DNA of 64,000 nucleotides from Phyllobates terribilis (GCF_046119375.1 NW_027362773.1:88164001-88228000), one strand, 5' to 3'; shown: positions 33,991 to 48,415, counted from the stretch's first letter. The notes: generated by a model from the sequence alone, not told the origin. A program made the numbers and translations.

Positions 33991-36900
33991 GATCCTTGGC
34001 CCCTTCTGTTCTTCACCACCACACAGACTTCGGTGTGCCAGCATAGGCAGTGTATCTTGGCCTCTGATCGGCCGGCAGTGGGCATTGCCGTGCAGGCAGC
34101 CGAAAAGATGACTGTGCAGCAATACATTTCGGCTGAATGTGTCTGGGGACGCTCATCTAGGGCCATTGGTGTCGGCGGGCCCTTGATTTTAAAACCACCT
34201 TGCAATTTTTGCCATTTAAGAACTTGATACAGCCCCTTTACCCTTCCGATATCTATGGCTCTAAACCTCTTTTCTACGTGTACATCTGCGGTACATTGCT
34301 TGAGGGGTAAGGAAAAAATAATAATAATATAATCTTATGCTTTGCTTAAGACATTGGAGGAAACCTTTGAACGTCGCCCTAGCGGCTCCACAGAACTCCT
34401 TCCGCTCCTGGTGGTCTTCACCTTGTGCTCAAGTTTGCACATTAAACAAAAAGGTCATATGTGTTTCCATCCTCTCAGGAATGCACAAGATTAAGCCGTC
34501 TCTTCAAAAAGGGACAATTCTAGGAACGGATAACAGGTTCCATATTGTTAAATCAGTATGGGGCCAATATGTCTTTGTAGCTACTGGGTCCATTTAGAAA
34601 TGAAGACTTTATAGTGTAGAGAATGTAGCTGCTAATGGGCAGTTTTATTGCTGTTTTATATCTGTCTGAAATAAAAATGTAGAAATGCAAAAAGTCTATA
34701 TGAAAAATCTACGGTTTGTTTTGGTGAGATGATCTGTAATTTTGTTATGTGGCATTTTTACAAACACTTCTGTAAGTGTTACATTTTCATTAACTTTTTT
34801 ATTAATGTAATGGAGGGGAAATAAACATTACAATTTTTACTCTATTTCTCGATCACAGTAAGAATAGTTCTGCTCCACCAGCAGAATAGTGAGTGCAGCT
34901 CTGGAGTATAATACAGGATGTAACTCAGGATCAGTACAGGATCAGTAATGTAATGTATGTACACAGTGACTGCACCAGCAGAATAGTGAGTGCAGCTCTG
35001 GAGTATAATACAGGATGTAACTCAGGATCAGTAATGTAATGTATGTACACAGTGACTGCACCAGCAGAATAGTGAGTGCAGCTCTGGAGTATAATACAGG
35101 ATGTAACTCCGGATCAGGAATGTAATGTATGTACACAGTGACTGCACCAGCAGAATAGTGAGTGCAGCTCTGGAGTATAATACAGGATGTAACGCAGGAT
35201 CAGTACAGGATCAGTAATGTAATGTATGTACACAGTGACTGCACCAGCAGAATAGTGAGTGCAGCTCTGGAGTATAATACAGGATGTAACGCAGGATCAG
35301 GAATGTAATGTATGTACACAGTGACTGCACCAGCAGAATAGTGAGTGCAGCTCTGGAGTATAATACAGGATGTAACTCAGGATCAGTACAGGATCAGTAA
35401 TGTAATGTATGTACACAGTGACTGCACCAGCAGAATAGTGAGTGCAGCTCTGGAGTATAATACAGGATGTAACTCAGGATCAGTAATGTAATGTATGTAC
35501 ACAGTGACTGCACCAGCAGAATAGTGAGTGCAGCTCTGGAGTATAATACAGGATGTAACTCCGGATCAGGAATGTAATGTATGTACACAGTGACTGCACC
35601 AGCAGAATAGTGAGTGCAGCTCTGGAGTATAATACAGGATGTAACTCAGGATCAGTACAGAATAAGTAATGTAATGTATGTACACAGTGACTGCACCAGC
35701 AGAATAGTGAGTGCAGCTCTGGAGTATAATACAGGATGTAACTCAGGATCAGTACAGGATCAGTAATGTAATGTATGTACACAGTGACTGCACCAGCAGA
35801 ATAGTGAGTGCAGCTCTGGGGTATAATACAAGATGTAACTCAGGATCAGTACAGGATCAGTAATGTAATGTATGTACACAGTGACTGCACCAGCAGAATA
35901 GTGAGTTCAGCTCTGGAGTATAATACAGCATGTAACTCAGGATCAGTAATGTAATGTATGTACACAGTGACTGCACCAGCAAAATAGTGAGTGCAGCTCT
36001 GGGGTATAATACAAGATGTAACTCAGGATCAGTACAGGATCAGTAATGTAATGTATGTACACAGTGACTGCACCAGCAGAATAGTGAGTTCAGCTCTGGA
36101 GTATAATACAGGATGTAACTCAGGATCAGTAATGTAATGTATGTACACAGTGACTGCACCAGCAGAATAGTGAGTGCAGCTCTGGAGTATAATACAGGAT
36201 GTAACTCAGGATCAGTACAGGATCAGTAATGTAATGTATGTACACAGTGACTACACCAGCAGAATAGTGAGTGCAGCTCTGGAGTATAATACAGGATGTA
36301 ACTCAGGAACAGTAATGTAATGTATGTACACAGTGACTGCACCAGCAGAATAGTGAGTGCAGCTCTGGAGTATAATACAGGAGGTAACTCAGGATCAGTA
36401 CAGGATCAGTAATGTATGTACACAGTGACTGCACCAGCACAATAGTGAGTGCAGCTCTGGAGTATAATACAGGATGTAACTCAGGATCTGTACAGGATCA
36501 GTAATGTATGTACACAGTGACTGCACCAGCAGAATAGTGAGTGCAGCTCTGGAGTATAATACAGGATGTAACTCAGGATCAGTACAGGATCAGTAATGTA
36601 ATGTATGTACACAGTGACTGCACCAGCAGAATAGTGAGTGCAGCTCTGGAGTATAATACAGGATGTAACTCAGGATCAGTAATGTAATGTATGTACACAG
36701 TGACTGCACCAGCAGAATAGTGAGTGCAGCTCTGGAGTATAATACAGGAGGTAACTCAGGATCAGTACAGGATCAGTAATGTATGTACACAGTGACTGCA
36801 CCAGCACAATAGTGAGTGCAGCTCTGGAGTATAATACAGGATGTAACTCAGGATCAGTAATGTAATGTATGTACACAGTGACTGCACCAGCAGAATAGTG

Positions 36901-39900
36901 AGTGCAGCTCTGGAGTATAATACAGGATGTAACTCCGGATCAGGAATGTAATGTATGTACACAGTGACTGCACCAGCAGAATAGTGAGTGCAGCTCTGGA
37001 GTATAATACAGGATGTAACGCAGGATCAGTACAGGATCAGTAATGTAATGTATGTACACAGTGACTGCACCAGCAGAATAGTGAGTGCAGCTCTGGAGTA
37101 TAATACAGGATGTAACTCCGGATCAGGAATGTAATGTATGTACACAGTGACTGCACCAGCAGAATAGTGAGTGCAGCTCTGGAGTATAATACAGGATGTA
37201 ACTCAGGATCAGTACAGGATCAGTAATGTAATGTATGTACACAGTGACTGCACCAGCAGAATAGTGAGTGCAGCTCTGGAGTATAATACAGGATGTAACT
37301 CAGGATCAGTAATGTAATGTATGTACACAGTGACTGCACCAGCAGAATAGTGAGTGCAGCTCTGGAGTATAATACAGGATGTAACTCCGGATCAGGAATG
37401 TAATGTATGTACACAGTGACTGCACCAGCAGAATAGTGAGTGCAGCTCTGGAGTATAATACAGGATGTAACTCAGGATCAGTACAGAATAAGTAATGTAA
37501 TGTATGTACACAGTGACTGCACCAGCAGAATAGTGAGTGCAGCTCTGGAGTATAATACAGGATGTAACTCAGGATCAGTACAGGATCAGTAATGTAATGT
37601 ATGTACACAGTGACTGCACCAGCAGAATAGTGAGTGCAGCTCTGGGGTATAATACAAGATGTAACTCAGGATCAGTACAGGATCAGTAATGTAATGTATG
37701 TACACAGTGACTGCACCAGCAGAATAGTGAGTTCAGCTCTGGAGTATAATACAGCATGTAACTCAGGATCAGTAATGTAATGTATGTACACAGTGACTGC
37801 ACCAGCAAAATAGTGAGTGCAGCTCTGGGGTATAATACAAGATGTAACTCAGGATCAGTACAGGATCAGTAATGTAATGTATGTACACAGTGACTGCACC
37901 AGCAGAATAGTGAGTTCAGCTCTGGAGTATAATACAGGATGTAACTCAGGATCAGTAATGTAATGTATGTACACAGTGACTGCACCAGCAGAATAGTGAG
38001 TGCAGCTCTGGAGTATAATACAGGATGTAACTCAGGATCAGTACAGGATCAGTAATGTAATGTATGTACACAGTGACTACACCAGCAGAATAGTGAGTGC
38101 AGCTCTGGAGTATAATACAGGATGTAACTCAGGAACAGTAATGTAATGTATGTACACAGTGACTGCACCAGCAGAATAGTGAGTGCAGCTCTGGAGTATA
38201 ATACAGGAGGTAACTCAGGATCAGTACAGGATCAGTAATGTATGTACACAGTGACTGCACCAGCACAATAGTGAGTGCAGCTCTGGAGTATAATACAGGA
38301 TGTAACTCAGGATCTGTACAGGATCAGTAATGTATGTACACAGTGACTGCACCAGCAGAATAGTGAGTGCAGCTCTGGAGTATAATACAGGATGTAACTC
38401 AGGATCAGTACAGGATCAGTAATGTAATGTATGTACACAGTGACTGCACCAGCAGAATAGTGAGTGCAGCTCTGGAGTATAATACAGGATGTAACTCAGG
38501 ATCAGTAATGTAATGTATGTACACAGTGACTGCACCAGCAGAATAGTGAGTGCAGCTCTGGAGTATAATACAGGAGGTAACTCAGGATCAGTACAGGATC
38601 AGTAATGTATGTACACAGTGACTGCACCAGCACAATAGTGAGTGCAGCTCTGGAGTATAATACAGGATGTAACTCAGGATCTGTACAGGATCAGTAATGT
38701 AATGTATGTACACAGTGACTGCACCAGCAGAATAGTGAGTGCAGCTCTGGGGTATAATACAAGATGTAACTCAGGATCAGTACAGGATCAGTAATGTAAT
38801 GTATGTACACAGTGACTGCATCAGCAGAATAGTGAGTGCAGCTCTGGAGTATAATACAGGATGTAACTCAGGATCAGTAATGTAATGTATGTACACAGTG
38901 ACTGAAACAGCAGAATAGTGAGTGCAGCTCTGGAGTATAATACAGGAGGTAACTCAGGATCAGTACAGGATCAGTAATGTATGTACACAGTGACTGCACC
39001 AGCAGAATAGTGAGTGCAGCTCTGGAGTATAATACAGGATGTAACTCAGGATCAGTACAGGATCAGTAATGTATGTACACAGTGACTATACCAGCAGAAT
39101 AGTGAGTGCAGCTCTGGAGTATAATACAGGATGTAACTCAGGATCAGTAATGTAATGTATGTACACAGTGACTGCACCAGCAGAATAGTGAGTGCAGCTC
39201 TGGAGTATAATACAGGATGTAACTCAGGATCAGTAATGTAATGTATGTACACAGTGACTGCACCAGCAGAATAGTGAGTGCAGCTCTGGAGTATAATACA
39301 GGATGTAACTCAGGATCAGTACAGGATCAGTAATGTAATGTATGTACACAGTGACTGCACCAGCAGAATAGTGAGTGCAGCTCTGGGGTATAATACAAGA
39401 TGTAACTCAGGATCAGTACAGGATCAGTAATGTAATGTATGTACACAGTGACTGCACCAGCAGAATAGTGAGTTCAGCTCTGGAGTATAATACAGGATGT
39501 AACTCAGGATCAGTAATGTAATGTATGTACACAGTGACTGCACCAGCAGAATAGTGAGTGCAGCTCTGGAGTATAATACAGGATGTAACTCAGGATCAGT
39601 ACAGGATCAGTAATGTAATGTATGTACACAGTGACTGCACCAGCAGAATAGTGAGTGCAGCTCTGGAGTATAATACAGGATGTAACTCAGGATCAGTACA
39701 GGATCAGTAATGTAATGTATGTACACGGTGACTGCACCAGCAGAATAGTGAGTGCAGCTCTGGAATATAATACAGGATGTAACTCAGCATCAGTAATGTA
39801 ATGTATGTACACAGTGACTGCACCAGCAGAATAGTGAGTGCAGCTCAGGAGTATAATACAGGATGTAACTCAGGATCAGTAATGTAATGTACACAGTGAC

Positions 39901-41675
39901 TGAAACAGCAGAATAGTGAGTGCAGCTCTGGAGTATAATACAGGAGGTAACTCAGGATCAGTACAGGATCAGTAATGTATGTACACAGTGACTGCACCAG
40001 CAGAATAGTGAGTGCAGCTCTGGAGTATAATACAGGATGTAACTCAGGATCAGTACAGGATCAGTAATGTATGTACACAGTGACTACACCAGCAGAATAG
40101 TGAGTGCAGCTCTGGAGTATAATACAGGATGTAACTCAGGATCAGTAATGTAATGTATGTACACAGTGACTGCACCAGCAGAATAGTGAGTGCAGCTCTG
40201 GAGTATAATACAGGATGTAACTCAGGATCAGTAATGTAATGTATGTACACAGTGACTGCACCAGCAGAATAGTGAGTGCAGCTCTGGAGTATAATACAGG
40301 ATGTAACTCAGGATCAGTACAGGATCAGTAATGTAATGTATGTACACAGTGACTGCACCAGCAGAATAGTGAGTGCAGCTCTGGGGTATAATACAAGATG
40401 TAACTCAGGATCAGTACAGGATCAGTAATGTAATGTATGTACACAGTGACTGCACCAGCAGAATAGTGAGTTCAGCTCTGGAGTATAATACAGGATGTAA
40501 CTCAGGATCAGTAATGTAATGTATGTACACAGTGACTGCACCAGCAGAATAGTGAGTGCAGCTCTGGAGTATAATACAGGATGTAACTCAGGATCAGTAA
40601 TGTAATGTATGTACACAGTGACTGCACCAGCAGAATAGTGAGTGCAGCTCGGGAGTATAATACAGGATGTAACTCAGGATCAGTAATGTAATGTATGTAC
40701 ACAGTGACTGCACCAGCAGAATAGTGAGTGCAGCTCTGGAGTATAATACAGGAGGTAACTCAGGATCAGTACAGGATCAGTAATGTATGTACACAGTGAC
40801 TGCACCAGCAGAATAGTGAGTGCAGCTCTGGAGTATAATACAGGATGTAACTCAGGATCAGTACAGGATCAGTAATGTATGTACACAGTGACTTCACCAG
40901 CAGAATAGTGAGTGCAGCTCTGGAGTATAATACAGGATGTAACTCAGGATCAGTAATGTAATGTATGTACACAGTGACTGCACCAGCAGAATAGTGAGTG
41001 CAGCTCTGGAGTATAATACAGGATGTAACTCAGGATCAGTAATGTAATGTATGTACACAGTGACTGCACCAGCAGAATAGTGAGTGCAGCTCTGGAGTAT
41101 AATACAGGATGTAACTCAGGATCAGTACAGGATCAGTAATGTAATGTATGTACACAGTGACTGCACCAGCAGAATAGTGAGTGCAGCTCAGGAGTATAAT
41201 ACAGGATGTAACTCAGGATCAGTAATGTAATATATGTACACAGTGACTGCACCAGCAGAATAGTGAGTGCAGCTCTGGAGTATAATACAGGATGTAACTC
41301 AGGATCAGTACAGGATCAGTAATGTAATGTATGTACACGGTGACTGCACCAGCAGAATAGTGAGTGCAGCTCTGGAGTATAATACAGGATGTAACTCAGG
41401 ATCAGTAATATAATGTATGTAGACACTGACTGCACCAGCAGAATAGTGAGTGGAGCTCTGGGGTATAATACAGGATGTAACTCAGGATCAGTAATGTAAT
41501 GTATGTACACAGTGACTGCACCAGCAGAATAGTGAGTGCAGCTCTGGAATATAATACAGGATGTAACTCAGCACCAGTAATGTAATGTATGTACACAGTG
41601 ACTGCACCAGCAGAATAGTGAGTGCAGCTCAGGAGTATAATACAGGATGTAACTCAGGATCAGTAATGTAATATA

Positions 41676-43298
41676 CAGTACAGACCAAAAGTTTGGACAC
41701 ACCTTCTCATTTAAAGATTTTTCTGTATTTTCATGACTGTGAAAATTGTACATTCACACTGAAGGCATCAAAACTATGAATTAACACATGTGGAATTATA
41801 TACTTAACAAAAAAGTGTGAAACAACTGAAAATAAGTCTTATATTCTAGGTTCTTCAAAGTAGCCACCTTTTGCTTTTATGACGGCTTTGCACACTCTTG
41901 ACATTCTCTTGATGAGCTTCAAGATGTAGTCACCGGAAATGGTTTGCACTTCACAGGTGTGCCCTGTCAGGTTTAATAAGTGGGATTTCTTGGCTTATAA
42001 ATGGGGTTGGGACCATCAGTTGTGTTGTGCAGAAGTCTGGTGGATACACAGCTGATAGTCCTACTGAATAGACTGTTAGAATTTCTATTATGGCAAGAAA
42101 AAAACAGCTAAGTAAAGAAAAACGAGTGGCCATCATTACTTTAAGAAATGAAGGTCAGTCAGTCCGAAAAATTGGGCAAACTTTGAAAGTGTCCCCAAGT
42201 GCAGCTGCAAAATCCATCAAGCGCTACAAAGAAACTGGCTCACATGAGGACTGCCTCAGGAAAGGAAGACCAAGAGTCACCTCTGCTTCTGAGGATAAGT
42301 TTATCCGAGTCACCAGCCTCAGAAATCGCAGGTTAACAGCAGCTCAGATTAGAGACCAGGTCAATGCCACACAGAGTTCTAGCAGCAGACACATCTCTAC
42401 AACAACTGTTAAGAGGAGACTTTGTGCAGCAGGCCTTCATGGTAAAATAGCTGCTAGGAAACCAATGCTAAGGACAGGCAACAAGCAGAAGAGACTTGTT
42501 TGGGCTAAAGAACACAAGGAATGGACATTAGACCAGTGGAAATCTGTGCTTTGGTTTGATGAGTCCAAATTTGAGATCTTTGGTTCCAACCACCGTGTCT
42601 TTGTGGAAAAGGTGAACTCATGGGCTCTACATGCCTGGTTCCCACCGTGAAGCATGGAGGAGGAGGTGTGATGGTGTGGGGGTGCTTTGCTGGTGACACT
42701 GTTGGGGATTTATTCAAAATTGAAGGCATACTGAACCAGCATGGCTACCACAGCATCTTGCAGCGGCATGCTATTCCATCCGGTTTGCGTTTAGTTGGAC
42801 CATCATTTATTTTTCAACAGGACAATGACCCCAAACACAACTCCAGGCTGTGTAAGGGCTATTTGACCAAGAAGGAGAGTGATGGGGTGCTACGCCAGAT
42901 GACCTGGCCTCCACAGTCACCAGACCTGAACCTAATCGAGATGGTTTGGGGTGAGCTGGACCGCAGAGTGAAGGCAAAAGGGCCAACAAGTGCTAAGCAT
43001 CTCTGGGAACTCCTTCAAGATTGTTAGAAGACCATTTCCGGTGACTACCTCTTGAAGCTCATCAAGAGAATGCCAAGAGTGTGCAAAGCAGTCATCAAAG
43101 CAAAAGGTGGCTACTTTGAAGAACCTAGAATATAAGACATATTTTCAGTTGTTTCACACTTTTTTGTTAAGTATATAATTCCACATGTGTTAATTCATAG
43201 TTTTGATGCCTTCAGTGTGAATGTACAATTTTCAAAGTCATGAAAATACAGAAAAATCTTTAAATGAGAAGGTGTGTCCAAACATTTGGTCTGTATTG
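41676..43298 (+). mobile_element. Tc1/mariner transposon, DD38E (Intruder-type), 1623 bp, defective
   Basis: TA TSD; 268-bp TIRs starting CAGTACAGACCAAAAGTTTGGACAC. The catalytic region reads WFDE...QQDND(38)E. Confidence 0.93.
42090..43135 (+). pseudogene. Tc1-like transposase pseudogene
   Basis: MARKKQLSKEKR..GRPRVT..WFDESKF, then a frameshift near 42605, then VKHGGGGVMVWG..QQDNDPKH..SPDLNLIE, a premature TAG at 43025-43027, and native end YFEEPRI* at 43135. Confidence 0.92.
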
Positions 43299-46200
43299 TA
43301 TGTACACAGAGACTGCTCCAGCAGAATAGTGAGTGCAGCTCTGGAGTATAATACAGGATGTAACTCAGGATCAGTACAGGATCAGTAATGTAATGTATGT
43401 ACACAGTGACTGCACCAGCAGAATAGTGAGTGCAGCTCTGGGGTATAATACAGGATGTAACTCCGGATCAGTAATATAATGTATGTAGACACTGACTGCA
43501 CCAGCAGAATAGTGAGTGCAGCTCTGGAGTATAATACAGGATGTAACTCAGGATCAGTAATGTAATATCTGTACACAGTGACTGCTCCAGCAGAATTGTG
43601 AGTGCAGCTCTGGAGTATAATACAGGATGTAACTCAGGATCAGTAATGTAATGTATGTACACAGTGACTCCACCAGCAGAATAGTGAGTGCAGCTCTGGA
43701 GTATAATACTGGATGTAACTCAGGATCAGTAATGTAATGTATGTACAGAGTGACTGTACCAGCAGAATAGTGAGTGCAGCTCTGGAGTATAATACTGGAT
43801 GTAACTCAGGATCAGTAATGTAATGTATGTGCACAGTGACTGCACCAGCAGAATTGTGAGTGCAGCTCTGGAGTATAATACAGGATGTAACTCAGGATCA
43901 GTAATGTAATGTATGTACACAGTGACTGCACCAGCAGAATAGTGAATACAGCTCTGGGGTATAATACAGGCTGTAACTCAGGATCAGTAATGTAATGTAT
44001 GTAGACACTGACTGCACCAGCAGAATAGTGAGTGCAGCTCTGGAGTATAATACTGGATGTAACTCAGGATCAGTACAGGATCAGTAATGTAATGTATGTA
44101 CACAATGACTGCACCAGCAGAATAGTGAGTGCAGCTCTGGAGTATAATACAGGATGTAACTCAGGATCAGTACAGGATCAGTAATGTATGTACACAGTGA
44201 CTGCACCAGCAGAATAGTGAGTGCAGCTCTGGAGTATAACACAGGATATAACTCAGGATCAGTACAGGATCAGTAATGTAATGTATGTACACAGTGATTG
44301 CACCAGCAGGATAGTGAGTGCTGCTCTGGAGTATAATACAGGATGTAACTCAGGATCAGTACAGGATCAGTAATGTAATGTATGTACACAGTGACTGCAC
44401 CAGCAGAATAGTGAGTGCAGCTCTGGAGTATAATAGAGGATGTAACTCAGGATCAGTACAGGATCAGTAATGTAATGTATGTACACAGTGACTGCACCAG
44501 CAGAATAGTGAGTGCAGCTCTGGAGTATAATACAGGGTGTAACTCAGGATCAGTAATGTAATGTTTGTACACAGTGACTGCACCAGCAGAACAGTGAGTG
44601 CAGCTCTGGGGTATAATACATTATGTAACTCAGGATCAGTACAGGATCAGTAATGTAATGTATGTACACAGGTTACTCCGTCAGCAGAATAGAGAGTGCA
44701 GCTCTGGAGTATAATACATACTGTATTTTTCACCATAGCCATTAGATTGTTGGCAGATGATTTTGTGTTGGTCTGTGATGTGTTGTCCCCATTTTTGCTG
44801 TAGCTTCAGAAATACTGGTGTTTTATACCGTGTATAATCTATCAGTACAGTTATATTACACTTTGCCCTGATATTTTGGAATAATTTCCATACTGGACTT
44901 TTTTTGCACTGATGTGAGACTGTTTTCATGCTTTTTTTGGCTGCGCCATTCCCACATCTCGCCTGGATGATTGCAGCCTCAGCCTACACCTGCACACAGT
45001 GATAATCGCTTTTTGACGTTTTCAGCATAATTGCTGCATATAATCCAACTACATGTTATGTCTTCGCCTGGTAATAAGACGATGATTCAGGTCACAGGTC
45101 GCAAACCTCTATATTTTGGGCAAATTGCAAGCTAATGGCACAAGCTGCTGTCAGATTTCCATCCGTTTGGTCTGGGAGGTGATAATCTATTATACAGGGA
45201 TCAAGCAGTTAAATATCAGCTGAATGGAGAGGAGCCTTGTCATCAGCACCTGGTGGGGGGCAGGGATCGCCAGGGCAGGTACTGAATAATTCAGTAGGTG
45301 ATAGAAGGAGGCCCACCACCTACAAGGCATTGATATTTACTATGAAAATCATTTTGAAATACATCATGTAATAGGAAATTCTTTAATTTTCAAACAACTG
45401 CAAAAAAAAAACCCCTAAATGGCTGAAAAAGGCAGAATTACGGGACCATATATAGAAAAATAACTGGGACTGATAGCATTGGAATACAGGGGTTTTCACA
45501 TTAGGAAAGTCCCGGTCCATATGCTGAATCATGGCATATGAGTGTTATAAACCGCGTTCCAAATTACTATGCAAATGCTATTTTTCTATGATTTTCCAAA
45601 TGATTCAGTACAATGTTCCAATCCTCATCTGTTAGAGTAGAAATCACGTTTTCTTGGACAAACCTCCCAATAATAACAGGATTTTATTCAAAAACTTCAC
45701 AATTCCCTGTGCCAAATTATTATGCACAACAGATTTGCCAAACACTTTATAGGTTGTGAAGAACTGGAAATGGTCACTTGTTGAATTTGCAGCATTACGA
45801 GGTCACATTTACTGAAATCAAAAGCTTTTTTTTAATCAAAGTCATCTTAACAGGCCATGTTACATGGAACATAGGACCCTTCTTTGACGTCAACCTTCAC
45901 AATTCTTGCATCCATTGAACTTGTGAGTTTTTGGAAAGTTTCTGCTTGAATTTCTTTGCAGGATGTGAGAATTGCCTCCAGAGCTGCTGTTCTGATGTGA
46001 TTGGCCTCCCGCCCTCATAGATCTTTTGCGTGAGGATACTCCAAAGGTTCTCAATAGGTTTGAGGTCAGGGGAGGATGGTGACCACCACCATGGGTTTCT
46101 CTCCTTTTATGCCCATAGCAGCCAATGACTCGGAGGTTTCTTTGCAGCATGAGATGAGGCATTTTCAGCATGAAGATGATTTTGCGGTTGTCCTTTTTCC

Positions 46201-46583
46201 ACCAAGTGGTCAGTCAGAAACTCTATATTTTCACCCCTTCAGAGACCCTAAAGGGGCCTACCAGCTCTCTCCCCATGATTTCAGGCCAAAACATGACTCC
46301 ACCACCTCCTTTCTGACGTTGCAACCTTGCTGGGACATGATGGCCATCCAGTACTCCATCCATCTGGACCATCCATGGTTGCATGACACTCATCAGTAAA
46401 CAAGACTGTTTTATAAATAGTCTTCATGCATATCTGGGCCCACGGCAAACGTTTCTACTTGTGAGCACTGTTTAGGAGTGGCTGAATAGTAGGTTTATGC
46501 ACAACTGAAAGAATCCTACACCTTGAAGATCGCAGGACTCCAGAGGCATCTGCTTCTTCAAATACCTCTTTGCTGCTTTGTAA

Positions 46584-48415
46584 GGGTATGTGCCCACGAT
46601 GCCGATTTGAAGCAGAAATTTCCTGAGAATTTCTGCATCTCCTTGGCAGAAAAAATGCATGCGGATTTTACATATGTTTTTTTCAGCGTTTTTCAAGCGA
46701 TTTTGAGCATCACTTTGAAAAGTGCTTGACAAGTTGGTCACACAATAGAAGTCCATGCAACTGGCATGGATTTATATAGTGTGACCAACTTATGAGGACA
46801 TTTATGCTTCAAATCGTGCATAAAAAGAATTAAAAAGAAAAAAAAAAACATCCGCGCATTGAACCATGTAATATCTGCATGTAACGTGCCCCCTGGGCCT
46901 GTGTTGTGCAGGGAATACCCGGAGCCGGATCGCTGGGGGTTGTAGTCTCCGTGGCGCTGACCCGGTCCGTGCCCAGGGTGGTCAATTCATTGGCAGTCTA
47001 TTGGTGTTATAATAAGTGTCCGACTACGCCACCCGTGGATTGCGGTCAGTGGGGACCGCCGCTGCGCTGCAGACCGCTGAGGCTGATGTTGTTTGCGCAG
47101 CCGAGTATGGGATAACTCCCCAAGGGAGGAGTATTGCCTCAGGGCAGCTAATGTGGAAGATGATGGGAGTGATGGTCTGAGGGTCCCAGTGCTAATGGTG
47201 CAGGAGCGGCAAGGAATCACAGAGACTTGTAACTGCAGTTTCCAAAGCTTTACTCACGGTTGTTATTCAGGTCAATGCTGCAGGCGATGACTGCCCAAGC
47301 CGTGCTGCGTCCACCAGGTGAGGGACTCGGTCAACTCCCAGGCAATTCCACAGCGTGGTTCAGAGCTCTCCTCTCTTCCTTTCTACTGGCCGTCCCCACC
47401 AGTGACCCACCTTTGTCCAGCTTCCTCGGGCCTTCTGTTGGCGAAACCTCTCCCGGTTTCCCTGACCCTGTGTGGTATGCTTTCCTGGTGGATGTAGTGA
47501 GGGGTCGCACCAAGATGTGGTCACAACCTCCGGTTTTGGCTGAGGATTAGTCGCCTCCACCAATTTGGGTTCTGGTACCCTGTTCTGCCAACCCTTCACC
47601 CAGTATCTCCTCTGGGCATATGGGGTTCCTTCTGCCTTCGTGTCTCTGGGCCTTTCTCTGTGTTCCTTGCTTCCTTTCTCCTCTGTTCCAGTTCCTTTCT
47701 TACTTTCCTTTCTGTTCCTCCTCCTCTCTCTCTCTGCTGCTTCTGGCCTCCACTCCAGGCCTGCCTCTGGAGCTGGGCCCAGACTGAGCCACAGCTCCCT
47801 GTCAGCCCTCTCTGGCTGAACTCCTCCTGACTGAACTGACTCTCCTCTGAACTGGACCCTGTCCTAAGATGGTGCCCACCTTATATACTTCCCTCTATGT
47901 GTGAGCCCAGGTGACTAGCAACCAATGGGCTCCTACCTATGCCCAAAGACCCACCCCTATCTGCTCCTTCCCCTCCCCACTCCAGCCAGGAACAGAAGCT
48001 GTCGTGCCTGCACTCTGTCTAGTGGGAGCACCGTTGAGCTGTTCCTCGGAAATGGGGTGTGTGTGGTGCATGCAGCTTACCGAGCCCTGGTCCACACTCC
48101 ATCCTTACCCGGGAGTGGAATATCACACCTCTGGACTGAGGTGCAATACCCCTGTAGCAGCCGAGCCCTCGGGGTGCTACACATGCATACATGGATGTTA
48201 TGCGGTTCAATGCCAGTCAATGGGTGCGATTTCGCCGCAAAATCGCACCCAAATTGCTGGCGCTGCGGATTTTTCCACAATGATAATCCGCAGCGGAAAT
48301 TTCCACAGCATGTGCACAGCACATGCGGATTTTCATTGGGAAACATGGCAGACATCTTAACAAGCGGAAATGCCACCGCGGAAACGCATTAAATCTGCAT
48401 CATGGGCACACAGCC
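46584..48415. mobile_element. Harbinger-type MITE inside the TRT ORF, itself containing a solo LTR
   Basis: TIR GGGTATGTGCCCA / TGGGCACACAGCC; TAA TSD at 46581-46583 and 48416-48418. Confidence 0.8.
46880..48183 (-). mobile_element. Solo LTR, same family as 18291-19283
   Basis: TGTAACGTGCCCC...GGGGTGCTACACA; TGCA on both flanks; shares CCGGAGCCGGATC..GTTGTAGTCTC..GACCCGGTCCGTGCCCAGGG with the first copy. The right boundary is uncertain by 2 bp. Confidence 0.78.

Larger units (their letters stand above)
34876..44718 (-). repeat. Large array of the ~76-96-bp satellite in reverse orientation, interrupted by a Tc1-like transposon
   Basis: Reverse complement of the intron-7 unit, roughly 90-95 copies. 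Confidence 0.97.

Noticed and set aside
33223-34205. 299-aa and 219-aa minus-strand ORFs
   Set aside because: Translations of a ~30-33-bp minisatellite.
34942-43920. Dozens of recurring MYIHYITD.. ORFs (also at 17-20 kb)
   Set aside because: Satellite translations, not genes.
44820-44930. KKSPVWKLF..AKCNI resembling a BED zinc finger
   Set aside because: The second Cys and the His pair are missing and no transposase context follows.
44985-45075. Minus-strand EDITCSWII resembling a CUB fragment
   Set aside because: Too short, other CUB motifs are absent, and it is bounded by stops.
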